A stretch of DNA of 64,000 nucleotides from Halarcobacter sp. (GTDB lineage Bacteria > Campylobacterota > Campylobacteria > Campylobacterales > Arcobacteraceae), in the NCBI GenBank assembly GCA_963676565.1, contig OY781089.1, forward strand, positions 2,464,001 to 2,528,000. Reading direction: 5' to 3'. Positions within the stretch are counted from its first letter, which is position 1, and each line of letters begins with the position of its first letter. Shown here piece by piece: positions 1 to 9,649 of the stretch. Below the pieces are notes generated by a model that searched no databases, was not told the DNA's origin, and worked only from the letters and a program-made list of their open reading frames with translations. The position numbers and the translations under genes are program-made.

Positions 1-314
1 ATATCTTCCCAGGTGGTCATCTACCAAGTGTGGCAAAGATTTTAGATGTAACGACTAATCATACAAACTTAAATCTACTTCACATGGAAGAGTTTACAGA
101 ACATTATGCAAAAACATTAAATATCTGGCATGAAAACTTCAATCAAAGAATTGAAGAGGTAAAAAAGCTTGGGTTCGATGATTATTTCATAAGAATGTGG
201 AGAATGTATCTTTGTTACTGTGAAGCTGCATTTTTAACAAGAAATATTGGTTTAGTTCAAATTACCTTAACAAGGTATAACAATATTCATCTAAATGAAG
301 GGCTTGTAGCATGA
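1..314 (+). CDS. cfa: Cyclopropane-fatty-acyl-phospholipid synthase family SAM methyltransferase, C-terminal part (5' end outside window)
   Basis: Frame from nt 3 reads IFPGGHLPS...HYAKTLNIW...RMWRMYLCYCEAAF, the typical Cfa C-terminal motifs. Confidence 0.9.
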   Translation, partial: IFPGGHLPSVAKILDVTTNHTNLNLLHMEEFTEHYAKTLNIWHENFNQRIEEVKKLGFDDYFIRMWRMYLCYCEAAFLTRNIGLVQITLTRYNNIHLNEGLVA

Positions 315-841
315 AAAAACTACTAGTATTATCAATATTTTTTACAATTTTTTTTACAGGATGTTCAAAAATGCAAATAGAAGATTTTAAAGATAAAACT
401 CCAGAATTTATTCCACAAGAATACTTCAATGGAAAAATGACTGCTTATGGTTTAGTAAAAGATAGAAGTGGAAAGATTATTAGAAGCTTTAAAGGGCAAC
501 TTATTGGCTCATGGGATGAAAATGGGATTGGAACATTAGATGAAAAATTTGTTTATGATGATGGTGAAGAATTAACTAGAGTTTGGACTTTAAAACCTAC
601 AGGTGAAAAATCATTTGATGCAACAGCAGGGGACATAATTGGCACCGCAAAGATGCAAGCTTTAGGAAATACAGTTATGATAGATTATGTAATGAGAGTA
701 CCATATAATGATTCTACAATAGATATTAGTGTTAGAGACTGGTTACATTTACAAGAAGATGGTGTAATAATTAACCACTCAAAAATGAAAAAATTTGGAT
801 TTACAGTTGGTGAATTAGTTATCACAATTATCAAGGAATAA
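311..841 (+). CDS. DUF3833 family lipoprotein
   Basis: Lipobox FTGC; YFNG..AYG, GTLDE.F.YDDGE...RVW and KFG..VGE motifs; overlaps cfa stop (ATGA), the usual cfa-DUF3833 context. Confidence 0.8.
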   Translation: MKKLLVLSIFFTIFFTGCSKMQIEDFKDKTPEFIPQEYFNGKMTAYGLVKDRSGKIIRSFKGQLIGSWDENGIGTLDEKFVYDDGEELTRVWTLKPTGEKSFDATAGDIIGTAKMQALGNTVMIDYVMRVPYNDSTIDISVRDWLHLQEDGVIINHSKMKKFGFTVGELVITIIKE

Positions 842-844
842 GCC

Positions 845-2014
845 TTGGAGAATCAAGAGAAGATAAGAGGACAAGAGATAAGAAGCATTTTATTTTTAAT
901 GATTCTTTTCTTACCATTATCTTCAATTGCTAATTACTTTAATGATAGACCACAATTTACCCTTTTATATTCAATTGCATCAATTTTCACTGTAATTCTT
1001 TTTTTTAATTTAAAGAAAATAAACAACAATAATAAAGTAGCTAAATATATGTTGTTAATTCTATTTACAATATTTTTTAGCTTTTTATTCCTAGGTAATC
1101 AAAACAGTTTTGACATATTTTGGGTTCTGGTACTACCTTTAGTAACAATAATGATTGAATCTTATAAAAATACAAAAAAATGGTTGATTGGTTTTATTGT
1201 TCTACTTTTAATATCTTTAATTATATCCTACACAAAACTAGTAAATTATGATAGTTTTGCCATCTGGTCATTATTGTGGGCAGGTATTTTTGTTTCATAT
1301 ATGAGTTTTCACTACAAAAAATCACAAAATATTTTAGAAAATGAAATTTATGACTACCAAAAGAACTTAGAAAAAAAAGTAGATATTGCCACTAAAGAGA
1401 TTCAAATTTTAAACAATGATTTGGAAGAAACCCAAAAAGAGATTATACAAAGACTTGGAACTTTAGGTGAATTTAGATCAAATGAAACTGGTGCACATGT
1501 TATAAGAGTTGGTTTATATTCAAAGAAACTAGCACTTTTATATGGCTTAAGTGAAGAGTTATCAGAACAAATCAATCTTACAGCTCCTTTACACGATATT
1601 GGAAAAGTAGGTATTGAAGATTCTATTTTAAATAAACCTGCAAAACTTACACAAGAAGAGTATGAAACTATGAAAAAACATGCAAGTATTGGTGAACTAA
1701 TTTTAAGTAATTCAAACAAACCATTAATACAAATGGCATGTGAGATTGCAAGTGGCCACCACGAAAAATATGATGGAAGTGGTTATCCTAAGGGTTTAAA
1801 AGGTGAATTTATACCTTTAAGTGCTAGAATTGTAGCCATTGCAGATGTTTTTGATGCATTATACTCAAAAAGAGTATACAAAAAAAGTTGGTCTAAAGAA
1901 GATATTAAAGACTATTTTATGGAAAATAAAGCTGTTCACTTTGACCCTGAATTAGTCACTCTTTTTTTAGATAACTTTGATGAATTTGTAAATATATATG
2001 ATAAGAATAAATGA
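845..2014 (+). CDS. Membrane-anchored HD-GYP c-di-GMP phosphodiesterase
   Basis: Hydrophobic N-terminus with several TM segments; ETGAHVIRV, LHDIGK, HHEKYDGSGYP, ADVFDAL motifs; TTG start after AAGGA. Confidence 0.88.
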   Translation: MENQEKIRGQEIRSILFLMILFLPLSSIANYFNDRPQFTLLYSIASIFTVILFFNLKKINNNNKVAKYMLLILFTIFFSFLFLGNQNSFDIFWVLVLPLVTIMIESYKNTKKWLIGFIVLLLISLIISYTKLVNYDSFAIWSLLWAGIFVSYMSFHYKKSQNILENEIYDYQKNLEKKVDIATKEIQILNNDLEETQKEIIQRLGTLGEFRSNETGAHVIRVGLYSKKLALLYGLSEELSEQINLTAPLHDIGKVGIEDSILNKPAKLTQEEYETMKKHASIGELILSNSNKPLIQMACEIASGHHEKYDGSGYPKGLKGEFIPLSARIVAIADVFDALYSKRVYKKSWSKEDIKDYFMENKAVHFDPELVTLFLDNFDEFVNIYDKNK

Positions 2015-2021
2015 GGAATAG

Positions 2022-2789
2022 ATGAAAGTAGTATTGACAATTGCAGGAAGTGATAGTAGTGGAGGAGCTGGTATTCAAGCTGATTTAAAAACCTTTGAAA
2101 ATTTTGGAGTTTTTGGAGCATCAGTTTTAACAGTTTTAACAGCTCAAAACACAACAGGTGTGAGAAGTATTAGCCAAATAGATTCAAACTTTGTAAAAGA
2201 ACAACTTGAGATGGTTTTTGATGACTTAGAAGTTGCAGCAGTAAAAATCGGAATGCTTTTTTCAAATGAGATTATTGACACAGTAAGAGAATTTATAAAA
2301 GGTTTAGATATTCCAATAGTATTTGACCCAGTTTTTGTATCAAAAGCAGGTTCTAAACTTTTAAGTGATGATGCAGTAGAAAATATGAAATCTTTATTTC
2401 CCTATGTTACAGTAATAACTCCAAATACCTTTGAAGCAAAGGGTTTGTTTAACTTCAATGAAAACAATGGTAATGGAGTTGAAGAGATTAAATCTTTACC
2501 TTGTGAAGTTTTAATTAAAAATATAAAAAAAGGTACTCAAAGTATTGATAGACTTTATTTAGGTGAAAATATTATAGAGTTTGAATCTGCATTTTTGAAT
2601 TCTGAAAACACCCATGGAACAGGTTGTAGTTTTAGTAGTGCAATAGCTGCTAATATTGCCTTAGGCAAAAGCTTAGAAGATTCAATCTCAATTGCCAATA
2701 AATTTGTTTTTGAAGCAATTAATAATGCCCCAGGAATAGGAAAAGGGAAAGGACCGATTTCTCATAAAAAAGGGTTTGAATCATTATAA
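2022..2789 (+). CDS. thiD: Hydroxymethylpyrimidine/phosphomethylpyrimidine kinase
   Basis: IAGSDSSGGAGIQADLKT, TAQNT, VKIGML, ITPN, THGTGCSFS motifs. Confidence 0.93.
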   Translation: MKVVLTIAGSDSSGGAGIQADLKTFENFGVFGASVLTVLTAQNTTGVRSISQIDSNFVKEQLEMVFDDLEVAAVKIGMLFSNEIIDTVREFIKGLDIPIVFDPVFVSKAGSKLLSDDAVENMKSLFPYVTVITPNTFEAKGLFNFNENNGNGVEEIKSLPCEVLIKNIKKGTQSIDRLYLGENIIEFESAFLNSENTHGTGCSFSSAIAANIALGKSLEDSISIANKFVFEAINNAPGIGKGKGPISHKKGFESL

Positions 2790-2801
2790 ATTTAAAAAGG
2801 T

Positions 2802-3167
2802 ATGAAAAAAATGAAAGCAATAATATTTATAGCCCATGGTAGTAAAAAAGAACAGTCAAATAATGAATTTGTAAATCTAATTGAAAAAATTTCAAAAGAA
2901 GATACTAAATATGATTTAAAAAAAGCAGCCTTTTTAGAACTTGCAACGCCTAGTATCCAAGAAGTTGCCGTAGAGTTTATAAAAAAAGGTGCAATATATA
3001 TTAGTTTTTATCCATATTTTTTAAACTCTGGAAAACATGTATTAGTTGATCTTCCTATTATCATAGAAGATTTAAAAAAAGAGTATCCCCTTGTGGAGTT
3101 TAAATTACTTTCACATTTTGGAAAATCTGAGAAAATAAAAGATATTATCCTTTCTGATATAAACTAA
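2802..3167 (+). CDS. Short CbiX/SirB-type sirohydrochlorin chelatase
   Basis: AHGS, AFLELATPSI and PYFLNSGKHV motifs with both metal-binding His; 121 aa single domain. Confidence 0.8.
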   Translation: MKKMKAIIFIAHGSKKEQSNNEFVNLIEKISKEDTKYDLKKAAFLELATPSIQEVAVEFIKKGAIYISFYPYFLNSGKHVLVDLPIIIEDLKKEYPLVEFKLLSHFGKSEKIKDIILSDIN

Positions 3168-3174
3168 AACATCA

Positions 3175-3222
3175 TAAACTTACATTTTTAGCCTACTAAT
3201 TTCCCACTAATTATAAGATAAT
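3175..3222 (+). promoter_or_regulatory. Shared island promoter motif, copy 1 (TAAACTTACA-N9-TACTAA-N17-GATAAT) upstream of the renalase-like operon
   Basis: Same elements and spacing as the copies at 13809-13856, 15205-15251 and 20664-20710; this -10 is the weakest of the four. Confidence 0.6.
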
Positions 3223-3240
3223 AAAATAAAAAGTGGGAAA

Positions 3241-4167
3241 ATGAACGTAGCAATTATTGGAGCAGGTTTTAGTGGTTGTCACTTATATAAAAATCTATCA
3301 CAAAAACAATTTAGGGTAACTATCTTTGATAAATCAAGGGGATGTGGAGGGAGACTTAGTACCAAATATATTGGTGATAAGTTTATTGACCATGGAACCT
3401 CTTCAATTAATATACATGATAAAGAACTAATTGATTTTTTAGATAAAAAAGTTAAACAAAATATTCTTCAAAAAAGTGATAACAACTATATTCCAACAAA
3501 TGGAATAAACAAGCTTTGCTCTTCAATGATAGATAAAAAAGACCTAATTAACAATACTAGAATAATCAAAGCACATTATAAAAATAAAAAATGGTTTTTA
3601 TTTGATGAAAAAGGTAAAATGTACCAATCATATGATTTATTGTTATTAACTAATCCTGCAACACAAATTTTAGAAATGGATCTAAATCTTAATAATGAGA
3701 TAAAAGATTTGTTAAAAGATGTAAAATATACACCAATTAGTACACTTATTTGTTATGATAAAAATAGTAATGATTTAGATTTATCATCACTTGAAAAAAA
3801 TACTAATTTCAAAAAAGTTGTTGATAACTCATCAAAATATCAATACAAAGATTTTAAAAGTTTTGTATTACATTTAAATGAAGAATTTACACAAAAAAAT
3901 ATAGATCTTCCAAAAGAGAAGCTTTTTGAAAAGATTTATTCATTAATTAAAAAAGAGGTAAATATAGATATAAAAAATAAGTTTGAAACTATAGAACACC
4001 TTTGGAAATATGCTTTTGTAGAAAATACAATTAATAAAGAATATATTTTTGACACTAATCAAAACCTAGGGATTTGTGGGGATTATTTTCAAAAGAAGAA
4101 CCTAGAAGGTTCATTTTATAGTTCAAATAAATTATCAGAAAAAATCATAAATTTAATAAAGGAGTAA
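3241..4167 (+). CDS. NAD(P)/FAD-dependent oxidoreductase, renalase-like
   Basis: IIGAGFSG, FDKSRGCGGRLST, DHG at the N-terminus; HLWKYA and CGDY...LEGSF at the C-terminus. Confidence 0.85.
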   Translation: MNVAIIGAGFSGCHLYKNLSQKQFRVTIFDKSRGCGGRLSTKYIGDKFIDHGTSSINIHDKELIDFLDKKVKQNILQKSDNNYIPTNGINKLCSSMIDKKDLINNTRIIKAHYKNKKWFLFDEKGKMYQSYDLLLLTNPATQILEMDLNLNNEIKDLLKDVKYTPISTLICYDKNSNDLDLSSLEKNTNFKKVVDNSSKYQYKDFKSFVLHLNEEFTQKNIDLPKEKLFEKIYSLIKKEVNIDIKNKFETIEHLWKYAFVENTINKEYIFDTNQNLGICGDYFQKKNLEGSFYSSNKLSEKIINLIKE

Positions 4168-4169
4168 TT

Positions 4170-4451
4170 ATGTTTAAAGACGTAGTTTTCACAGCACTTG
4201 GTGCAACAAAAAAGATAAGAAAAAGTGTAAAAAAAGAGTTAAAAACTCTAGAAAAAAAAGGGATGTTAAGAAAAGAGGATTTAAAAACTTTTGTTGAGAA
4301 TCTTGAGGCTGAAGGAAAGATAGAAGATAAAAAGATAAAAAAAGAGATTAGATCAATGTTAAAAGAGATAATCAATGAACTTGGTCTTGCTACAAAAAAA
4401 GATCTTCAAAAAATGAAAACAGAGATTTTAGAAGAATTAAAAGGTAAATAG
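4170..4451 (+). CDS. Phasin-like small helical protein
   Basis: ALGA...KKG.L...D.K.FV and ELGLATKKDLQ pattern typical of phasin/PhaF-like proteins; AAGGAG RBS. Confidence 0.6.
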   Translation: MFKDVVFTALGATKKIRKSVKKELKTLEKKGMLRKEDLKTFVENLEAEGKIEDKKIKKEIRSMLKEIINELGLATKKDLQKMKTEILEELKGK

Positions 4452-4452
4452 T

Positions 4453-5511
4453 TTGAAATGTGACAAATGCAATGAAAAACTAGGATTTGAATCCTTACCA
4501 TCAAAAATATATTTTGTAAGTGAATTTGATGAGCTAATGGCAAAAAGCAGAATATTCTTAATGAAATTAGGTCTAAACTTATTTAAAGTTCATGATTTAC
4601 ACTATATAAAAGTTGAGGATACAAAAGAGTTTTTTAAATCAAATATTGACGCATTAAAAGGTCACTTTAATCAAATGGCAGCTCAAGATATAAAGATTTA
4701 TATTGATTATGAAAATTTAGGTTTTTCATACAAAATGGTTTTACATGCAAAACCATTACAAAGATTCATAAACATGATAGATGATAAAGAGTTTTTTGAT
4801 GTGATAAATAATCAATCCTTAACCTCGTATTTTCAGCCTATAGTTGATGTAAAGACAAACTCTATTTATGGGTATGAAACATTAATTAGAGGGGTTAAGG
4901 CCGATGGTTCCTTAATCTATCCAGATGAATTATTCGAAAAATCTGCTAGAAATGATATGAACTTTAAACTAGATAGGATGTGTAGAGAAAGTGCTTTAAA
5001 AACCGCTGCTACTAAAAAAGTTAATAAAAAAGTATTTATTAATTTTTTACCCACATCTGTTTATGATCCTGAGTTTTGTTTACAATCAACTGTCAAATGG
5101 GCAAAACAACTAGAAATAGACCCCTCAAATATTATATTTGAAGTTGTCGAGACAGAAAAAGTAACAGACCAAGAACATCTAAAATCTATTTTAGAATATT
5201 ATAGAAATGAAGGGTTTAAAATAGCTTTAGATGATGTTGGTGAAGGGTATTCTAGTTTAAATATGATAATTGAATTAAAACCTGATATTATCAAAATAGA
5301 TAGAAATATTATTAAAGATATAGACAAAGATGATTACAAAGTCTCTGTTTATAAAGCTTTAGCTAGTTTAGCAAGGGATAGAGATATTAAGATATTAGCT
5401 GAAGGTATTGAAACAGCTTATGAGTTAGAGGTTATAAAAGAGATTGGAGTTGACTATCTACAAGGTTATTACTTCGCTAAGCCTTTACCAGAACCAATTA
5501 GAAAGATCTAG
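4453..5511 (+). CDS. EAL-domain c-di-GMP phosphodiesterase with N-terminal CxxC
   Basis: FQPIV, YETLIRG (EAL variant), FINF, FEVVETE, IALDDVGEGYSSL, KIDR, AEGIET, QGYYFAKP. Confidence 0.88.
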   Translation: MKCDKCNEKLGFESLPSKIYFVSEFDELMAKSRIFLMKLGLNLFKVHDLHYIKVEDTKEFFKSNIDALKGHFNQMAAQDIKIYIDYENLGFSYKMVLHAKPLQRFINMIDDKEFFDVINNQSLTSYFQPIVDVKTNSIYGYETLIRGVKADGSLIYPDELFEKSARNDMNFKLDRMCRESALKTAATKKVNKKVFINFLPTSVYDPEFCLQSTVKWAKQLEIDPSNIIFEVVETEKVTDQEHLKSILEYYRNEGFKIALDDVGEGYSSLNMIIELKPDIIKIDRNIIKDIDKDDYKVSVYKALASLARDRDIKILAEGIETAYELEVIKEIGVDYLQGYYFAKPLPEPIRKI

Positions 5512-5522
5512 AAGGATACGTT

Positions 5523-7061
5523 ATAAAATATTTTTCACCCCTAAGGGTTTATCAAGTATTCACATTTTTATTAACAATATATTTAGTAATAAAAAGAAAA
5601 AAGAGTTTTTTATTACTAAAACCTTTAAAACCAAAAAAGCTAAAGGAGACTATTGTAAAACTAGGAGCTAGTTTTATTAAACTTGCTCAAGTATTAGCTA
5701 CGAGGTCTGATTTTTTCACAGAAGATTACCTTGATGAATTAAAGAATCTTCATGATCAAATTCCCCCTATGAGTCACAAACAATTCAAAGAGGTTTATAA
5801 TATCGCTTTTGAAAATAAAGATATTTTTGAAAGCTTCCAAGAGATACCTATTGCTTCAGCTTCAATTGGGCAAGTTCATGTGGCACATTTAAAAAATGGA
5901 AAAAAAGTAGCTGTAAAACTAAGAAGAATAGGAATAAAAGAACAAGTTTTAGCAGATATAAAGATTATTTCATTTTTTAACTTTTTATTTAAACCCCTGT
6001 TTTCATCATATACTAAAAATTCAATTGAAGCTGTAATTTCTGAATTTTCAAAAATGATAGTTGAAGAGATTAGTTTAAATCAAGAACTAAAAAATCTTAA
6101 AAACTTTAAAAAAGTATACAAAAAACAGAAAGTTAGATTTCCAAAAGGATATAAAAAATACTCATGTGATGATGCAATGGTTATGAGTTTTGAAGAGGGA
6201 TTTAGATTTGATGATAAAGAGAGTATTTTTAAAAATAACATTGATTTTAAATCAATTATCTCAAACCTAGTTGACTTTTATACAACCCAGATGTTGATAA
6301 CTGGATTTTTCCATGCGGACCCACATCCAGGTAACCTTTTAGTAAATAAAAAAGGGGAGCTTATTTTACTTGATTTTGGTATGGTAAAAACTGTACCAAA
6401 TGATAAAAGAATTGCTATTATTGAACTTATTAAAGCAGCTCATGAAAAAGATTATGAGACATATATTAGTGCTAGTAAAAGACTAGGTACTATTGCTTAT
6501 GAAGCACCAACAAGTGAATTAGCTGAGTTTACTGCAAAAATGTTTGATATATTTTCAAATGATAATCTAGATAGTGAATCTATGCAAAAACTTGCCTTTG
6601 AGATACTTGAAAGTACTAGAGATTTACCTTTTAAACTGCCAAGTGATGCAATTTATATTTTAAGAGTAAGTGCAATTATTGAAGGTCTTGGGACAACATA
6701 TATAGAAAACTTTAATGGTGTAAAAGATATTTTGCCAATATTAAACCAAAACTTACCAAAGGCGTTAGGAACAAAAAGTACCATAAGTGAAACACTTATT
6801 GCTGAAGCAAAAGAGTTGCCATTTATTGTAAAAGATTTTAAAGTAATGGTAAAAAAAGCTAGTGAAGGTACACTTGAAGTTGAAGTAAGCAGAAACCAGC
6901 TTGAGTATATAATTACAAGTTTAAAAAAAGTTTTAAAATCATATGCAATATCTTTTGGTTTTGTTTTAGCTTCAATGTTTTATTTAATGTATGGCTTTGA
7001 ACCAAAAGAGATATCAATCGTTTTATTTTTATTAGGATTTATAAGGGTATTTTACAAATGA
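5523..7061 (+). CDS. ABC1/UbiB (AarF) family atypical kinase; start extended to ATA at 5523
   Basis: IASASIGQVH, VAVK, FHADPHPGN, LLDFGM; frame stays open upstream of ATG 5769 and encodes the conserved LGASFIKLAQVLATRSD motif; in-frame TAG at 5499-5501; AAGGA 6 nt before ATA 5523. Confidence 0.85.
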   Translation: MKYFSPLRVYQVFTFLLTIYLVIKRKKSFLLLKPLKPKKLKETIVKLGASFIKLAQVLATRSDFFTEDYLDELKNLHDQIPPMSHKQFKEVYNIAFENKDIFESFQEIPIASASIGQVHVAHLKNGKKVAVKLRRIGIKEQVLADIKIISFFNFLFKPLFSSYTKNSIEAVISEFSKMIVEEISLNQELKNLKNFKKVYKKQKVRFPKGYKKYSCDDAMVMSFEEGFRFDDKESIFKNNIDFKSIISNLVDFYTTQMLITGFFHADPHPGNLLVNKKGELILLDFGMVKTVPNDKRIAIIELIKAAHEKDYETYISASKRLGTIAYEAPTSELAEFTAKMFDIFSNDNLDSESMQKLAFEILESTRDLPFKLPSDAIYILRVSAIIEGLGTTYIENFNGVKDILPILNQNLPKALGTKSTISETLIAEAKELPFIVKDFKVMVKKASEGTLEVEVSRNQLEYIITSLKKVLKSYAISFGFVLASMFYLMYGFEPKEISIVLFLLGFIRVFYK

Positions 7062-7303
7062 AAAAAATTGACTTGAATGAAGAGGACAAAAATAGGCTTA
7101 TTCAAATGGCCTGGCAAGATAGAACAACCTTTGAAGGGATAAAAAAAGAGTTTGGATTAACAGAAAATCAAGTTAAGAACTTAATGAGAAAACTAATATC
7201 AAAAAATGGCTTTAAAAGATGGAGAAAAAGAGTTCAAGATAGAACTACAAAACATGAGAAAAAAGTTGATTTTAAACCCATAAGATTTAAAGGTCCTTGG
7301 TAA
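7058..7303 (+). CDS. TIGR03643/DUF2805 family protein
   Basis: RLIQMAWQDRTTFE.IK.EFGL.E..V..LMR...FKRWRKRV signature; overlaps the kinase stop. Confidence 0.85.
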   Translation: MKKIDLNEEDKNRLIQMAWQDRTTFEGIKKEFGLTENQVKNLMRKLISKNGFKRWRKRVQDRTTKHEKKVDFKPIRFKGPW

Positions 7304-7306
7304 GAT

Positions 7307-9070
7307 TTAAATTAATACTACTTTATTCTTACCCTCATCTTTAGCTTTATATAAAGCATCATCAGCTCTTTTTAAAACTGTTGTAGAATCATCATCTAAA
7401 GCAAATAAAGTTAATCCAAAACTTGCTGTTACAGTTCCTACCGCTTCAAAGTTTTCAGATTCTATTGTTTTTCTTAAATCTTCCATTAATTTTAAACTTC
7501 CTTCCAATGAAGTTTCTGGACAAATTATAACAAACTCTTCTCCACCCCATCTTCCAAGATGGTCAACATTTCGGATATTTTCTTTTAAGATTTTAGCAAT
7601 TTTAATTAATACACTATCTCCAATTTGATGCCCATAATTATCATTTATATATTTAAAATTATCAATATCAATAATTGCAAGTGCAAAAGTATGATAATAT
7701 CTTTGTGAACGAATTATCTCATCTTGTAATAGTTCATCAATCTTAAATCTATTATTTATTCCTGTTAGTTTATCTGTAATTGCAAGATGTTCTAATTCAG
7801 ACTTTAATTTTTCTTTTGTTTCAAGCATATTATTTAAATAAATTGCCATTTGATTAAACTCTTTAAATAGTATTTTCCCACTATCTATTTTTGTTCTTTC
7901 ATTACTTGAATTTTCAAAGAAAGTATTAAACTCATCTATTGATTTTCTAATTCTTCTATTCCACCAAATCATTGAATATAATGATAAAAGAGTCAAACAA
8001 ATCATTAAAATACCAACTATATAAATCCTATTTTGTTGTTCCTCTTTTTGTTTTAATGCTTTATAAAATATTTCTGATTTCATTTCATCTAAATAAGAAC
8101 CTCCACCAATAGACCAATTCCATGGTTTAAAACCTTTTATATAAGCATACTTAGTTGTTTTTTGATCGGAATTAGGCTTTTTCCAAATATAATGAACAAA
8201 ATCACCCTCTTCTTGTTTTGCTACTTTATTAAACTCTTTTACAACGAATAAGCCATTTTCATCTTTAAAATTAAGCATGTTTTTTCCTACAATTTGAGGA
8301 TTTAAAGGATTCATTAAAACAGTTCCATCTAATTTATTTATAAAAAGATATTCGTGATTTCCATACCTAACTTCATTTAATCTATTTATTACCTCATTTT
8401 GAACAATTTTCTCATAATCTTTAACATATTCAGAAGTCCCAATATATAAATCAAAAGGTTCAAAATATTTTATAAAACCAATTTTTTTACTTTCATTTTT
8501 CTTATTATCTGTTCTATAAAAGTAGTATTCAACATATCCCTCTTTTTGTTTTGATGAAGCAATATATTTAAATAAATTATGAAGATTTATACCATGAGTA
8601 TCTTTATGATCTCTTAGAAAATAGGTGCCTTCATACTGGGGGAAAATAGGATGTAAAACAGTTTCTCCATCTAATTTTAAAATAAAAAAATACCCCCTGT
8701 CATCAAAAAATCTGAATTCTCTTAATGACTCTTTTATTATTGAAATAATCTCTTCATCTGATTTTGTATCTTTAAACTTATTGTATAAATTATCTGCAAT
8801 ATGATAAGCATCATAAATTTTATCTTTTAAAACTTCTTTTAGATTATTTTCTGCATTTATTCTTTTATATTTTATATAATCAATTGCATTTTCAACTTGA
8901 TTTTTAAGTAGAGTTTTTCTTTGTTCTAGTTGCATATTTTGGTAATTTTTGATGATTTGTTCAGAACTAAACCTTACTTCAAAAAACCAAAGTAGTGTTA
9001 AACTAAAGGTAAAGAAAAAAGAAACAAAAAGTATGATATTTGTAAAGGAAAAATGCTTCAAATATTTCAT
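7307..9070 (-). CDS. Cache-domain sensor diguanylate cyclase
   Basis: Two TM segments flanking tandem Cache-like regions (GYFFI..HP, EYLFI..NP, YIWKKP); DIDNFK.IND.YGH..GD and RWGGEEF. Confidence 0.9.
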   Translation of the reverse strand: MKYLKHFSFTNIILFVSFFFTFSLTLLWFFEVRFSSEQIIKNYQNMQLEQRKTLLKNQVENAIDYIKYKRINAENNLKEVLKDKIYDAYHIADNLYNKFKDTKSDEEIISIIKESLREFRFFDDRGYFFILKLDGETVLHPIFPQYEGTYFLRDHKDTHGINLHNLFKYIASSKQKEGYVEYYFYRTDNKKNESKKIGFIKYFEPFDLYIGTSEYVKDYEKIVQNEVINRLNEVRYGNHEYLFINKLDGTVLMNPLNPQIVGKNMLNFKDENGLFVVKEFNKVAKQEEGDFVHYIWKKPNSDQKTTKYAYIKGFKPWNWSIGGGSYLDEMKSEIFYKALKQKEEQQNRIYIVGILMICLTLLSLYSMIWWNRRIRKSIDEFNTFFENSSNERTKIDSGKILFKEFNQMAIYLNNMLETKEKLKSELEHLAITDKLTGINNRFKIDELLQDEIIRSQRYYHTFALAIIDIDNFKYINDNYGHQIGDSVLIKIAKILKENIRNVDHLGRWGGEEFVIICPETSLEGSLKLMEDLRKTIESENFEAVGTVTASFGLTLFALDDDSTTVLKRADDALYKAKDEGKNKVVLI

Positions 9071-9157
9071 TATTCTAGCCTAACTTTCTGCTTTTATTTT
9101 TATTTTACCATAAATTAACCTCTTATAATAAAATTATTAAAAATTAAATTTTTAATT

Positions 9158-9631
9158 TTATTTTTTATTCTTATAAGATATATATTCTTTTCTTACATCA
9201 ACTATAAAACCTTTTTTCAAAAATTCTCTACCCAATAAAATAGGATAATTCATCTTTTTTCTATTTGTTAATGTAAACTCTGTTTCAATATATTTTCCAA
9301 AAATAAAAACTTCTGTTAATATAACGTATCTTTTTTCTATAATTCCATTTGAACTTCTAACCTTTGCAATTCTTCTAATTGGAAGTTTAAACTTTTGATT
9401 CTTATATTTTTTGTGAGTTTCATCTAAAACATCAAAAACTACATATTTATCATCGATTGATTCAATAAAACTACAATGTAAAGATGAAGTTTTAGCTCCA
9501 GTGTCAATTTTTGCTCTTAAATCTTTTAAATTTAATAAAGGTAAATCTACTCGATCATATTTTCCTATTACAATATCTTTTGCGTATAAACTTGCAAGAA
9601 AAAAACATAAAACTAAAAGTTGTTTAATCAA
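9158..9631 (-). CDS. RimK/LysX-associated putative protease (retropepsin-like fold), exported
   Basis: Signal peptide; AKIDTGAKTSSLH, VRSSNG..EKRY, FTLTNR..MNYPILLGR. Confidence 0.82.
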   Translation of the reverse strand: MIKQLLVLCFFLASLYAKDIVIGKYDRVDLPLLNLKDLRAKIDTGAKTSSLHCSFIESIDDKYVVFDVLDETHKKYKNQKFKLPIRRIAKVRSSNGIIEKRYVILTEVFIFGKYIETEFTLTNRKKMNYPILLGREFLKKGFIVDVRKEYISYKNKK

Positions 9632-9649
9632 ATTATCTCTTTTATAAAA

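Noticed and set aside
5444..5671. 75-aa ORF between the EAL gene and the ABC1 kinase
   Set aside because: Out-of-frame overlap with the EAL 3' end and the true 5' part of the ABC1 gene; no motif
5523..5768. ABC1 kinase as a truncated pseudogene
   Set aside because: The frame is open and conserved up to an RBS-preceded ATA; no frameshift or stop
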